24,000 nt of DNA from an uncultured Polaribacter sp. (GTDB taxonomy: Bacteria; Bacteroidota; Bacteroidia; Flavobacteriales; Flavobacteriaceae), in contig CALSRX010000004.1 of assembly GCA_943788865.1 (NCBI GenBank), positions 679,720-703,719 of the forward strand, given 5' to 3'. This document shows positions 7,185-15,493 of the stretch, in pieces (positions within the stretch are counted from its first letter, which is position 1; every line of letters begins with the position of its first letter). The position numbers and the translations under genes were made by a program. Below the pieces are notes generated by a model, which was given only the letters and a program-made list of their open reading frames with translations, had not been told where the DNA came from and made no database searches.

Positions 7185-9002
7185 TTATTTTATTGCTTTA
7201 TCGAACATCGCTTTTCCTCCAACTACTGGAAGCGTAATAGAAGTTCCGTTTAAATCAACCGTTAACTCAGTTCCAGGTTTTGGTAATAATGTGAAGTTAT
7301 TATCACTAGAAAAAATCATCAAACCAATTTGTTGTCCTTTTTTAATGATTTGATCATCTGGTTGTAAATCAAATGTCATTTCATAAAACTTCCCAGGCTT
7401 TAAAGGACTACTTTTTCTTAACGATTTGTAGTTCTGTAAATCTGCCCAACCACGAGTTATGATGTTGTCAGTAATAACAGTTCTTCTATCTGTACTCCAA
7501 GGCAAAGAAACTAACCAAATCGATAAATTTGCAGCAGGCTTGCTACTTGCAATTTTTACTGTGATAGAAGCTAGTCCAGAAATATGTATGTCTTCTTTTA
7601 AGGTTGGACTCACATATAACAATCTATGATTTGTGTAATCTGCTTGTGCCAATGCTTCTCCTGAGAAAGAGTAATTATCAACTAAGGTTTCAGTAATTTT
7701 TTTAGAAGATTTTAATGTAGATAAACTTCCAGCTTCTGGTGCTCCAGGATGTAAATAAAGTGTAACAGGATTCGCATCCGGATTTGGATAATCTTTATAG
7801 GAAGTAGGTTGGTCTCTTTTGTCATTTTCTCTAACAATCCAAGCTTTTGCATCGTTTTCAACACCATTTTGTATTCCGTGTAAATAACGCGTAAACCAAC
7901 GATTCATCATCGTCATCGGTGGTGGGCCACCATGTCCGTTTTGATGATAATATATTTGTGTTGGCAAGCCCATTTCTGAAGCTCTTTTATAGATACGATA
8001 ACTATGCTCTGGCATCACATTCCAATCATTAAATCCATGCGACATTAATAATGCAGCTTTCATAGGTTTCATGTCATTTAAATAATCACGTCCAGCCCAA
8101 AAATCATTATAATCTCCTGTAATTCGATCTAAATTATTTGCCATTTCTGTATCACGAACTACTTTATTGTTATGAGCTCTATTTGCCTCCTTTCCACTGT
8201 GAATATAATCGTACAAAACATCAATATCTTCTCCTAAATATCCACCTGGAGAACGAACCAATCCATTTGAACGATAATAATGATAATACGAAGTATTTGG
8301 TGCAATAGGAATGATTGCTTCTAGCCCTTTTACACCAGTTGTTGCTGCTGCTAAAGGAATGGTTCCATTGTAAGAAGTTCCTGTCATTCCGACTTTGCTA
8401 GTAGACCAAAAGGCGGTTACTGTTTCATTTCCTTCTCTAGAAGTAAATCCCTTAGCTCTGCCACTCAACCAATCGATGACCGCTTTCGGAGCCAATGACT
8501 CGTTGTCGCCTCCAACAGTTGGAGAACCATCTGATAAACCTGTTCCTGGTGATGAAGAATGTACTACAATGTATCCTCTTGGAACCCAAGTATTAATTTG
8601 TGAATTTGAAATAATAGGGCGTTTTCCTCTTCGAACTACTTCTGTGTGATTTCTTGGTTTTGGGGCTGTTCCAAGCTCGTGTTTTACATCCCAAAAGATT
8701 GGTGCATTTCCTGCAGTTCCTGAATAATATGGACTAGACTCATAGACAACAGGTAATTTCAAACCTTCTGTGTCCGTTTGTTTTGGTCTGGTAACGGATA
8801 CATGCATTCTATCCAGTTTTCCGTCTCCATCTGTATCAAAAGTGGTTTCTACCCATAAATCATGTCGAATCCAATCTTTCGGGTTTTTAAATGCTTCTAC
8901 GATTTGTGCTTCTCCATCTTTAAAAACAGGAACGGCTTTTTCTTGCGCTTGTATTTTAAATCCTACAAATAAGAATGTAAAAATTAGAATTTTTATTTTC
9001 AT
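7185..9002 (-). CDS. Xaa-Pro dipeptidyl-peptidase, S15 (PepX/CocE/NonD) family, secreted
   Basis: 605 aa with signal peptide MKIKILIFTFLFVGFKIQAQE. The nucleophile motif is GMTGTSYNGT (GxSYxG), with later SHGFNDWNV and HQNGHGG as Asp/His candidates. It is the last gene of a tightly packed minus-strand operon. Confidence 0.9.
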   Translation of the reverse strand: MKIKILIFTFLFVGFKIQAQEKAVPVFKDGEAQIVEAFKNPKDWIRHDLWVETTFDTDGDGKLDRMHVSVTRPKQTDTEGLKLPVVYESSPYYSGTAGNAPIFWDVKHELGTAPKPRNHTEVVRRGKRPIISNSQINTWVPRGYIVVHSSSPGTGLSDGSPTVGGDNESLAPKAVIDWLSGRAKGFTSREGNETVTAFWSTSKVGMTGTSYNGTIPLAAATTGVKGLEAIIPIAPNTSYYHYYRSNGLVRSPGGYLGEDIDVLYDYIHSGKEANRAHNNKVVRDTEMANNLDRITGDYNDFWAGRDYLNDMKPMKAALLMSHGFNDWNVMPEHSYRIYKRASEMGLPTQIYYHQNGHGGPPPMTMMNRWFTRYLHGIQNGVENDAKAWIVRENDKRDQPTSYKDYPNPDANPVTLYLHPGAPEAGSLSTLKSSKKITETLVDNYSFSGEALAQADYTNHRLLYVSPTLKEDIHISGLASITVKIASSKPAANLSIWLVSLPWSTDRRTVITDNIITRGWADLQNYKSLRKSSPLKPGKFYEMTFDLQPDDQIIKKGQQIGLMIFSSDNNFTLLPKPGTELTVDLNGTSITLPVVGGKAMFDKAIK

Positions 9003-9011
9003 AAGTAACGT

Positions 9012-10454
9012 TTATTTAAATTGTAATTGTTTGTCTGCTATTTTATTTATTCGCAGTGTTTTATAATCTCTAAAATAATTTTGGTATAATTTCCATGGCG
9101 TTTTTGAACCTTGTCTTGGAAATTCTTTTTCTGACCGATGAATGTAGCCAGAGTTAAGATTTAATAAAGGTTGAGTTTCCATATTACTGTCTATGACCTG
9201 TGGAACAACATAGGTGTGGTTTTTTTTCTCCATGAACTTTAAAAGACGACTACTATACTCGCTAGTTAAATCACTTTTCAATGTCCAAGATGCATTTGTA
9301 TAGCCTGCAAAAAACACACAATTTGGTAGTCCACTTAACATCAATCCTCGGTAGGTTAATGATTTAGAAATATGAAAATCTTTATTGTCTATTGTAATTT
9401 TAGCACCACCAAAAGCAAGTAGTTTTAACCCAGTTGCACTAATGATGATATCAGCTTCAATCTCTTTTCCTGACTTTATTTTTATGCCGTTTTCTGTAAA
9501 AGTATCAATGTGATCTGTAACTATAGAAGCTTTCCCACTTTTTATAGCAGCAAATAAATCGCCATCAGGAGCAATACAAAAACGCTGATCCCATGGTTTA
9601 TAATTTGGAGCAAAATGTGGGTCAGCAGCAATACTACCCAATTCTTTTTGAGCACCTTTAATAATCATTTTTTTCATGGTGTTTGGCCACCACCTGCAGA
9701 CATTAAAGAAAATAATTTGAGTTACAATGTTTTTAAATCGGATGCATTTATGAGCTACTTTTTTTGGAAATATTTTTTTAAAAAAAGCCGCAATTTTGTC
9801 TTTGTTAGGAAATGCACCAACATAGGTTGGAGATCTTTGTAACATGGTAATATGAGCAGTCTCATTCGCCATTTTTGGTACAATAGTAACAGCAGTAGCA
9901 CCACTACCAATGACCACAACTTTTTTTCCTTTGTAGTTGAGGTCCTCTGGCCAAAGTTGCGGATGAATTAGTTGACCTTTAAAATTTTCAACACCAGGAT
10001 AATCGGGTGTATACCCATTTTTGTAGTTGTAATATCCCGTACAAATAAATAGAAAATTACAGGTGTACGTGTTTACTGTATTTGTTTTAGAGTTTGTTGT
10101 GTTTACCGTCCAACTATTTTTTGTTGAATCAAAATTTACAGAGGTAACTTTTGTTTGATATTGAATTTTATCTCTTATTTGATATTCATCAACAGCCTCA
10201 TTTAAATACTTTAAAATGTTAGGAGCATCTGCAAAAGATTTAGGATTGTCCCAAGTTTTAAAAGAATAACCAAAAGTATACATGTCAGAATCTGATCGGA
10301 TTCCTGGGTATTTAAACAAACTCCAGGTTCCACCAATTTCTTCTCGAGCTTCTAATATTCTATAGCTTTTGTTTTTATTCTTTTGTTCTAAATGACAAGC
10401 TGCACCTATTCCAGATAATCCGCCACCAACAATTATAATATCTGTATGCAACAT
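9012..10454 (-). CDS. Class B flavoprotein monooxygenase (Baeyer-Villiger/FMO type), cytoplasmic
   Basis: 480 aa with no signal peptide. The N-terminal FAD motif is IIVGGGLSGIGAA and the second dinucleotide motif is VVVIGSGATAV. FKGQLIHPQLWP matches the BVMO fingerprint FxGxxxHxxxW(P/D). Confidence 0.88.
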   Translation of the reverse strand: MLHTDIIIVGGGLSGIGAACHLEQKNKNKSYRILEAREEIGGTWSLFKYPGIRSDSDMYTFGYSFKTWDNPKSFADAPNILKYLNEAVDEYQIRDKIQYQTKVTSVNFDSTKNSWTVNTTNSKTNTVNTYTCNFLFICTGYYNYKNGYTPDYPGVENFKGQLIHPQLWPEDLNYKGKKVVVIGSGATAVTIVPKMANETAHITMLQRSPTYVGAFPNKDKIAAFFKKIFPKKVAHKCIRFKNIVTQIIFFNVCRWWPNTMKKMIIKGAQKELGSIAADPHFAPNYKPWDQRFCIAPDGDLFAAIKSGKASIVTDHIDTFTENGIKIKSGKEIEADIIISATGLKLLAFGGAKITIDNKDFHISKSLTYRGLMLSGLPNCVFFAGYTNASWTLKSDLTSEYSSRLLKFMEKKNHTYVVPQVIDSNMETQPLLNLNSGYIHRSEKEFPRQGSKTPWKLYQNYFRDYKTLRINKIADKQLQFK

Positions 10455-10456
10455 TT

Positions 10457-12643
10457 TTATTTTTTATCTCCAGGGTGATAAGTTGATTTAGCTCTTTTTA
10501 AAACATCTTCTCTATAATAGGCAACATCTTTAAACTCTTTATCTGCATAACGTTGTGCTTGATCAGAAAAATGAGGAGATTTTGGATCTCCACTTTGACC
10601 ACCTGCTAACATTGTTTTTGCAGTAACTTTATCTCCAAATTCAACTACAGCTACAAAGCTGTTTCCTGATGTTCCGTATTGACGTTTTGTGTCTTTTCCA
10701 AAACGCGTTCCGAATGAAGCCAACGCGCCCCAAGAGCTAGAAGCCATACCTACTGGTAAACTAGGTTTTGCATCATTGAAATCTTGTTGAATTTTCCCAT
10801 CATTTCGTTGGTAACGATTAAATTCTCCCCAAGGAGTTTTCCAAGAGCCAAAATCTGCTTTTAACTTCTCTAAACTTTGTTGAAAAATGGCTAATCGTTC
10901 TTTATAACTTGCCGTTTTACTCATGTAATTGAATCGACCTAATCTAGTTATTCTTTTGTTTCCTTCCATTCTTGGTATTTTTCCAGAACTGAAATAGGCA
11001 TTCAAGTAAAATTGCGTTAAGGTCATTTCAATAGAATTTACCGAAACTTTGAAATCCCAATTTTTTAATAGTGCAATTGCTTCTCGAGCTTCTCTGCTTT
11101 GAACTCTAGATTTTTTTGCTGCTTCCAATAGTCCTGTAATTAATAGGTCTGCGCCTGGTAAATATGGGTCATACGCCAAATCAATTAAAGAATCTAAGGT
11201 TAAATCTTCCGCTTTTGTAAGTAAAGGAATGGCATGAATTCCTCTAAAGTTTTCTGGAAACGAATACATATAAGCTGGATAATCTTCTTTTTTCGGACTG
11301 TATTCTAAAGCGCTTGTAAACGGAGTAGAATTACAGTTCTGAATCCAACCATTTGGTGGATTCAACACTAAAATATTATCTTCTAAAGGATGTAATCCTT
11401 GCCAGTCTGTTTTAGGATTGCTCCCGTCTACAGGTTTGGTGTAATCAAAACTTACATCTCTTTTTGGGATGAAGTTTCCGTGATAATACGCAATGGTTCC
11501 ATCAGCATCAGCATAAACCGTATTGTTTGAAGAGTTTGTTCTGATGTCCATCATTTCATAAAACTCTTTATGATTTGATTTTTTTGTTCTTGTAAACGAC
11601 TGTTCTAGTGCTTTTACTGGACTCCACATCATTGCAGTTGAAACCCATTTATCGCCATCTGCATGTGTAATTGGTCCGTGATGTGTTCTGTAGGTCATAA
11701 AAGATTTCTCTTTAAATCCATCTGAAGATTTGTATTTTAAATTGACTTTGATAGAATCCATTGGTTTGATTTCATCTCCGTATTGATACGAAGTTTTAGC
11801 ACCATTTTTTACAACAGTTTCTTTAAATTCATCCATAATATCTGTTCCTGTTGAGGTATGCATCCAACCTGTTTTGCTATTGAATCCTTGATATACAAAA
11901 AATTGCCCCCAAGTTACAGCTCCGTAGGCATTCAATCCTTCTTCACTAACCACATGAACTTCTCCTCTAAAAAAGAAAGACGTATGTGGATTGATTAGTA
12001 ACATTGCTTTTCCAGATTTTGTTTTAGAACCTGCAATTGCAAATCCGTTTGAACCTCTAGGTTCATCATCTTTTAAACGAATCAAACCATTATTTACAAT
12101 AGCCATTTTGTTGTCTCGATCATAAAAATCTTTAATTTTTCTAGTAGAAACTCTTTCAATGTCTCCGCCAATTGAGCCTTCACTGAAATACATGGGCATC
12201 CAAGGTTCAAAATGCGTAATTAATTTTGGCTTTACATCTGGGTTTTTAGCTAAATAATAATTCAATCCATCAGCAAAAGCAACACATAGTTTTTGTAACC
12301 ACGCCGGACTATTTTCAAAATTTTCTTTGGCTTCTTTTTCGGTCATATACAAACGAGCACGTAAATCGCTATACAACGATTCTTCTCCTTCTACTTCTGC
12401 CAATCTTCCAATTGCCCAAATATAATTTCGTTCTACACGATTAAAATCATCCTCTGCTTGTGCATATAATAATCCAAATACAGCATCTGCGTCTGTTTTA
12501 CCATACACATGGGGTACTCCAAAATCATCTCTAATAATTTCTGTGTTTTTGGCATGTTGTTCCCAACGTTCTTGTTCAGTTAATTCGGTTTTGTTGTTGC
12601 AACTAGCAAGGACAAGTAAAAATAGTACCAATAGTTTTTTCAT
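10457..12643 (-). CDS. Penicillin acylase family (peptidase S45, Ntn hydrolase) lipoprotein
   Basis: 728 aa with lipobox LVLASCNN. The N-terminal alpha-subunit-like region is IIRDDFGVPHVYGKTDADAVFGLLYAQAEDDF. The candidate autoprocessing site is EPRG-SNGFAIAGSKTKSGKAMLLINPH (Ser-Asn N-terminal nucleophile context). From memory, this resembles the PvdQ/AHL-acylase branch. Confidence 0.9.
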   Translation of the reverse strand: MKKLLVLFLLVLASCNNKTELTEQERWEQHAKNTEIIRDDFGVPHVYGKTDADAVFGLLYAQAEDDFNRVERNYIWAIGRLAEVEGEESLYSDLRARLYMTEKEAKENFENSPAWLQKLCVAFADGLNYYLAKNPDVKPKLITHFEPWMPMYFSEGSIGGDIERVSTRKIKDFYDRDNKMAIVNNGLIRLKDDEPRGSNGFAIAGSKTKSGKAMLLINPHTSFFFRGEVHVVSEEGLNAYGAVTWGQFFVYQGFNSKTGWMHTSTGTDIMDEFKETVVKNGAKTSYQYGDEIKPMDSIKVNLKYKSSDGFKEKSFMTYRTHHGPITHADGDKWVSTAMMWSPVKALEQSFTRTKKSNHKEFYEMMDIRTNSSNNTVYADADGTIAYYHGNFIPKRDVSFDYTKPVDGSNPKTDWQGLHPLEDNILVLNPPNGWIQNCNSTPFTSALEYSPKKEDYPAYMYSFPENFRGIHAIPLLTKAEDLTLDSLIDLAYDPYLPGADLLITGLLEAAKKSRVQSREAREAIALLKNWDFKVSVNSIEMTLTQFYLNAYFSSGKIPRMEGNKRITRLGRFNYMSKTASYKERLAIFQQSLEKLKADFGSWKTPWGEFNRYQRNDGKIQQDFNDAKPSLPVGMASSSWGALASFGTRFGKDTKRQYGTSGNSFVAVVEFGDKVTAKTMLAGGQSGDPKSPHFSDQAQRYADKEFKDVAYYREDVLKRAKSTYHPGDKK

Positions 12644-12646
12644 TTC

Positions 12647-14575
12647 TTAGTTTTTAAGTACTGTAAATTCGATTGCAGAATCTGTAAATACGGTATGAGT
12701 TTGGGTTTTAAAATCTTTTGCATCTGCTTTATAAATATTGTCGACGTAGGTTTGTGGATTTAAATCGATCAAAGGAAACCAAGTGCTTTGCACTTGAATT
12801 TGCAATTTGTGTCCTTTTTTAAACGTATGAAAAACATCTTGTAATGTTAAATTTACATCAGTTTTTCTTTTAGCGACAAATGGTTCTGGTGTAGAAAAAC
12901 TATTTCTAAAACGACCACGCATTACTTCACTACGAACCATTAAATGGTAGTTGCTCATTTTTAAATGCGATTGCATATTTTTATTGTTGTTTTTTGTGTC
13001 TTTTGGATGTACATCAATTACTTTAACAATCCAATCTGCTGCAGTACCTGTAGTAGCTACTTTTAATTTTGCTAAAATATCTCCAGCCAAGGTAAAATCT
13101 TCTGTCAATACATCAGTCTCATAAACCAAAACATCTGGTCTTCTTGCTGCAAAACGTTGATCATCGGTCATGTATTTTCTTGGTGTGAAAACGGTTTTGA
13201 TATCTTCTGAATAAGGAACAGGACGTTTGATGTCGCTAATAAATTGAATTCCTTTGTTTCCTTTTTTTGATGCGGTTAATTTTTGATTCTCAGATAAATA
13301 CCAATTTTCTTTAACGGCTTGTTTTGGAGGCCAAACATCAAAAGAATTCCATTCTTTTTTTCCAGAATCATATACATAAGCTTCAGGTAAGCCAGAATTT
13401 TTATCACCACTTCCTTTTAAGAAATGATTGAAGAATTTAGATTCTATTTCTTTTTGAAATTTCAACGAAATTGAATCTCCAAAATAATAGTTTCCAACAA
13501 TATTTTTTACAGAACTTCTAGACCACCCTCCGTGATCCCAAGGTCCAAAAACCAACGTATTGTAATTGTTTGGTTGGTGTTTTTCAATTGCTTTATAGGT
13601 TGCTAATGGTCCGTATAAATCTTCAGCATCAAATTCTCCGCCAACAACCATGGTGGCAACTGTAGAAGGCACCTTGTCTAAATGCTGAACAATTCCTTTA
13701 CTTTTCCAAACTTCATCATAATTTGGATGTTCTACAATTTCTTTCCAAAAGAAATCATCTATTCTGTTATTGTTTTGCGGACTTAAATTGTCTACCGTTT
13801 CTTTTCTAAAATATTTGTTTAAGTTTTTTAGCGGGCCAGCATCTAAGAAGAATTGATATTGATCTTGAGAATCCATCGTTGGCAAAGCGTACCAAGCTGT
13901 ATCTGTTGGAGAATCTTTATAAGTTCCGAAAAGAGAAACTGCTCTAAAATAACTCAATAAAAAGGCTCCGTTATGATGAAAATCATCGAAGAAGAAATCT
14001 GCTATCGAAGCTTGTGGTGAAGCGGCTTTTAATGCTGGATGCGCATTAACGGTAGAAACAGTTGCATAATGCCCTGGATATGAAATACCCCAAGTACCAA
14101 CTCTACCATTGTTGTTTTCTATATTTTTAACCAACCAATCAATGGTATCATAAGTGTCAGATGTTTCATCTGTTTGCGTTCCTGTTTTATTTGGAATGTA
14201 TGCACGCATATTATCATAAACTCCTTCACTCATCCAACGTCCACGTACATCTTGATATACTACAATATTTCCTTCTTTCATCAATTGTGTATTCGGAGCA
14301 ATCTTCGTTTTAAACTTTCCTTCACCATAAGGAGCACAACTATACGGAGTACGTTGTAATAAAATAGGATAGGTTTTGCTTTGGTCTTTTGGAGCATAAA
14401 TTACAGTATGTAATTTTGTTCCATCACGCATTTCAATCGTGACTTCTTTTTTAGTGTAGTTGTCTTGAACATAGGTGTTTGCTGCTTTTGTGTCATCTTT
14501 TGAGGTAGTTTCACAACTACTGACAAAGGTGATTAAAAATAGCGATAAAAGGGTGTAGAAAACTTGTTTTTTCAT
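12647..14575 (-). CDS. CocE/NonD-type S15 hydrolase (alpha-amino-acid ester hydrolase / X-Pro dipeptidyl-peptidase-like) lipoprotein
   Basis: 642 aa with lipobox FVSSCETT. The nucleophile motif is GTWGISYPGH (GxSYxG), with FGPWDHGGW later, and a C-terminal beta-sandwich-like region. It is the first gene of the operon. Confidence 0.88.
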   Translation of the reverse strand: MKKQVFYTLLSLFLITFVSSCETTSKDDTKAANTYVQDNYTKKEVTIEMRDGTKLHTVIYAPKDQSKTYPILLQRTPYSCAPYGEGKFKTKIAPNTQLMKEGNIVVYQDVRGRWMSEGVYDNMRAYIPNKTGTQTDETSDTYDTIDWLVKNIENNNGRVGTWGISYPGHYATVSTVNAHPALKAASPQASIADFFFDDFHHNGAFLLSYFRAVSLFGTYKDSPTDTAWYALPTMDSQDQYQFFLDAGPLKNLNKYFRKETVDNLSPQNNNRIDDFFWKEIVEHPNYDEVWKSKGIVQHLDKVPSTVATMVVGGEFDAEDLYGPLATYKAIEKHQPNNYNTLVFGPWDHGGWSRSSVKNIVGNYYFGDSISLKFQKEIESKFFNHFLKGSGDKNSGLPEAYVYDSGKKEWNSFDVWPPKQAVKENWYLSENQKLTASKKGNKGIQFISDIKRPVPYSEDIKTVFTPRKYMTDDQRFAARRPDVLVYETDVLTEDFTLAGDILAKLKVATTGTAADWIVKVIDVHPKDTKNNNKNMQSHLKMSNYHLMVRSEVMRGRFRNSFSTPEPFVAKRKTDVNLTLQDVFHTFKKGHKLQIQVQSTWFPLIDLNPQTYVDNIYKADAKDFKTQTHTVFTDSAIEFTVLKN

Positions 14576-14690
14576 GATATAAGTTTGGTTATTAATGAAG
14601 TAAATCTACAAAAGAAAAAACATTTTATAAAGATTTGAGATGTTAAATTCAGTTTTAATACTTTTATGATTCTTAAAAACACAACATCAA

Positions 14691-15437
14691 ATGAAATTCA
14701 CCTTTATTTTATTCTTATCATTGACAACAATTGGTTGTAAAAACAACTCAGCAACTAAGATGAATCATGACGAAATTGAAGCCTCTCAGAAAATATTTCC
14801 TGAACTAAAAAAAGGAAGATATAATGTGGCTTTTCTGATTATGGATGGAACCTTCAATACAGAATTAACAGCCCCATATGATATTTTTCAACACACTATT
14901 TTTAGAGAAGGAATTAAACCAATGAATGTGTTTACTGTGGCAAATACAGATGAAATAATTACCACTTTTGAGGGGATGCGAATTATGCCAGATTTTAACT
15001 ACCTAAAAGATAGCTTGCCAAAAATTGACATCCTTGTTATACCAAGTGCAGAGCATCATTTAGATTCTGATTTGGATGATGTTGAAATGATTCAATTTGT
15101 GCAACGTGTAGATAAAGAAGCACAATTTATGACGTCACATTGCGATGGTGCTTTTGTATTGGCAAAAGCTGGATTGTTAAAAGATAAAACAGCAACCACT
15201 TTTCCGAGTGATATCGATCAAATGAGAGAAACTTTTCCAGAATTAGATATTAGAAAGAATGTGCTTTTTGTGCACGATGGTAAATATATTACCTCTGCAG
15301 GCGGAGCAAAATCGTTTGAAGCAGCATTGTATTTATGCGAATATTTATACGGAAAAGAAATCACTAAAACATTGGCTGATGGTTTGGTAATAGATTGGAA
15401 TCTAGAAAAAATACCACACTTAATTGTAAAACAATAA
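14691..15437 (+). CDS. DJ-1/PfpI family protein with lipoprotein signal
   Basis: 248 aa. It has an N-terminal lipobox (LSLTTIGCKNN). The nucleophile-elbow-like motif is MTSHCDGAFVLAKAGLL, and the layout is typical of the class I glutamine-amidotransferase-like fold. Confidence 0.85.
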   Translation: MKFTFILFLSLTTIGCKNNSATKMNHDEIEASQKIFPELKKGRYNVAFLIMDGTFNTELTAPYDIFQHTIFREGIKPMNVFTVANTDEIITTFEGMRIMPDFNYLKDSLPKIDILVIPSAEHHLDSDLDDVEMIQFVQRVDKEAQFMTSHCDGAFVLAKAGLLKDKTATTFPSDIDQMRETFPELDIRKNVLFVHDGKYITSAGGAKSFEAALYLCEYLYGKEITKTLADGLVIDWNLEKIPHLIVKQ

Positions 15438-15442
15438 GCAAT

Positions 15443-15473
15443 AAAAAAGGCTGCAAATTTTGCAGCCTTTTTT
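15443..15473. terminator. Bidirectional rho-independent terminator between convergent genes
   Basis: AAAAAA-GGCTGC-AAATTTT-GCAGCC-TTTTTT (stem 15449-15454 / 15462-15467). It sits between the stop of the DJ-1/PfpI gene (15437) and the stop of the M61-like gene (15494). Confidence 0.8.
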
Positions 15474-15493
15474 GTCTTTTAAAATTCTATTGA

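Noticed and set aside
8770-9066. 98-aa + strand ORF spanning the PepX/BVMO junction; also 4795-5043, 8395-8649, 9615-9842, 14174-14359, 16527-16844, 17583-17768, 19165-19389, 20380-20580, 20843-21067, 22023-22280, 23161-23349 and 23449-23691
   Set aside because: All are antisense or out-of-frame ORFs inside strongly supported genes, short, and without motifs.
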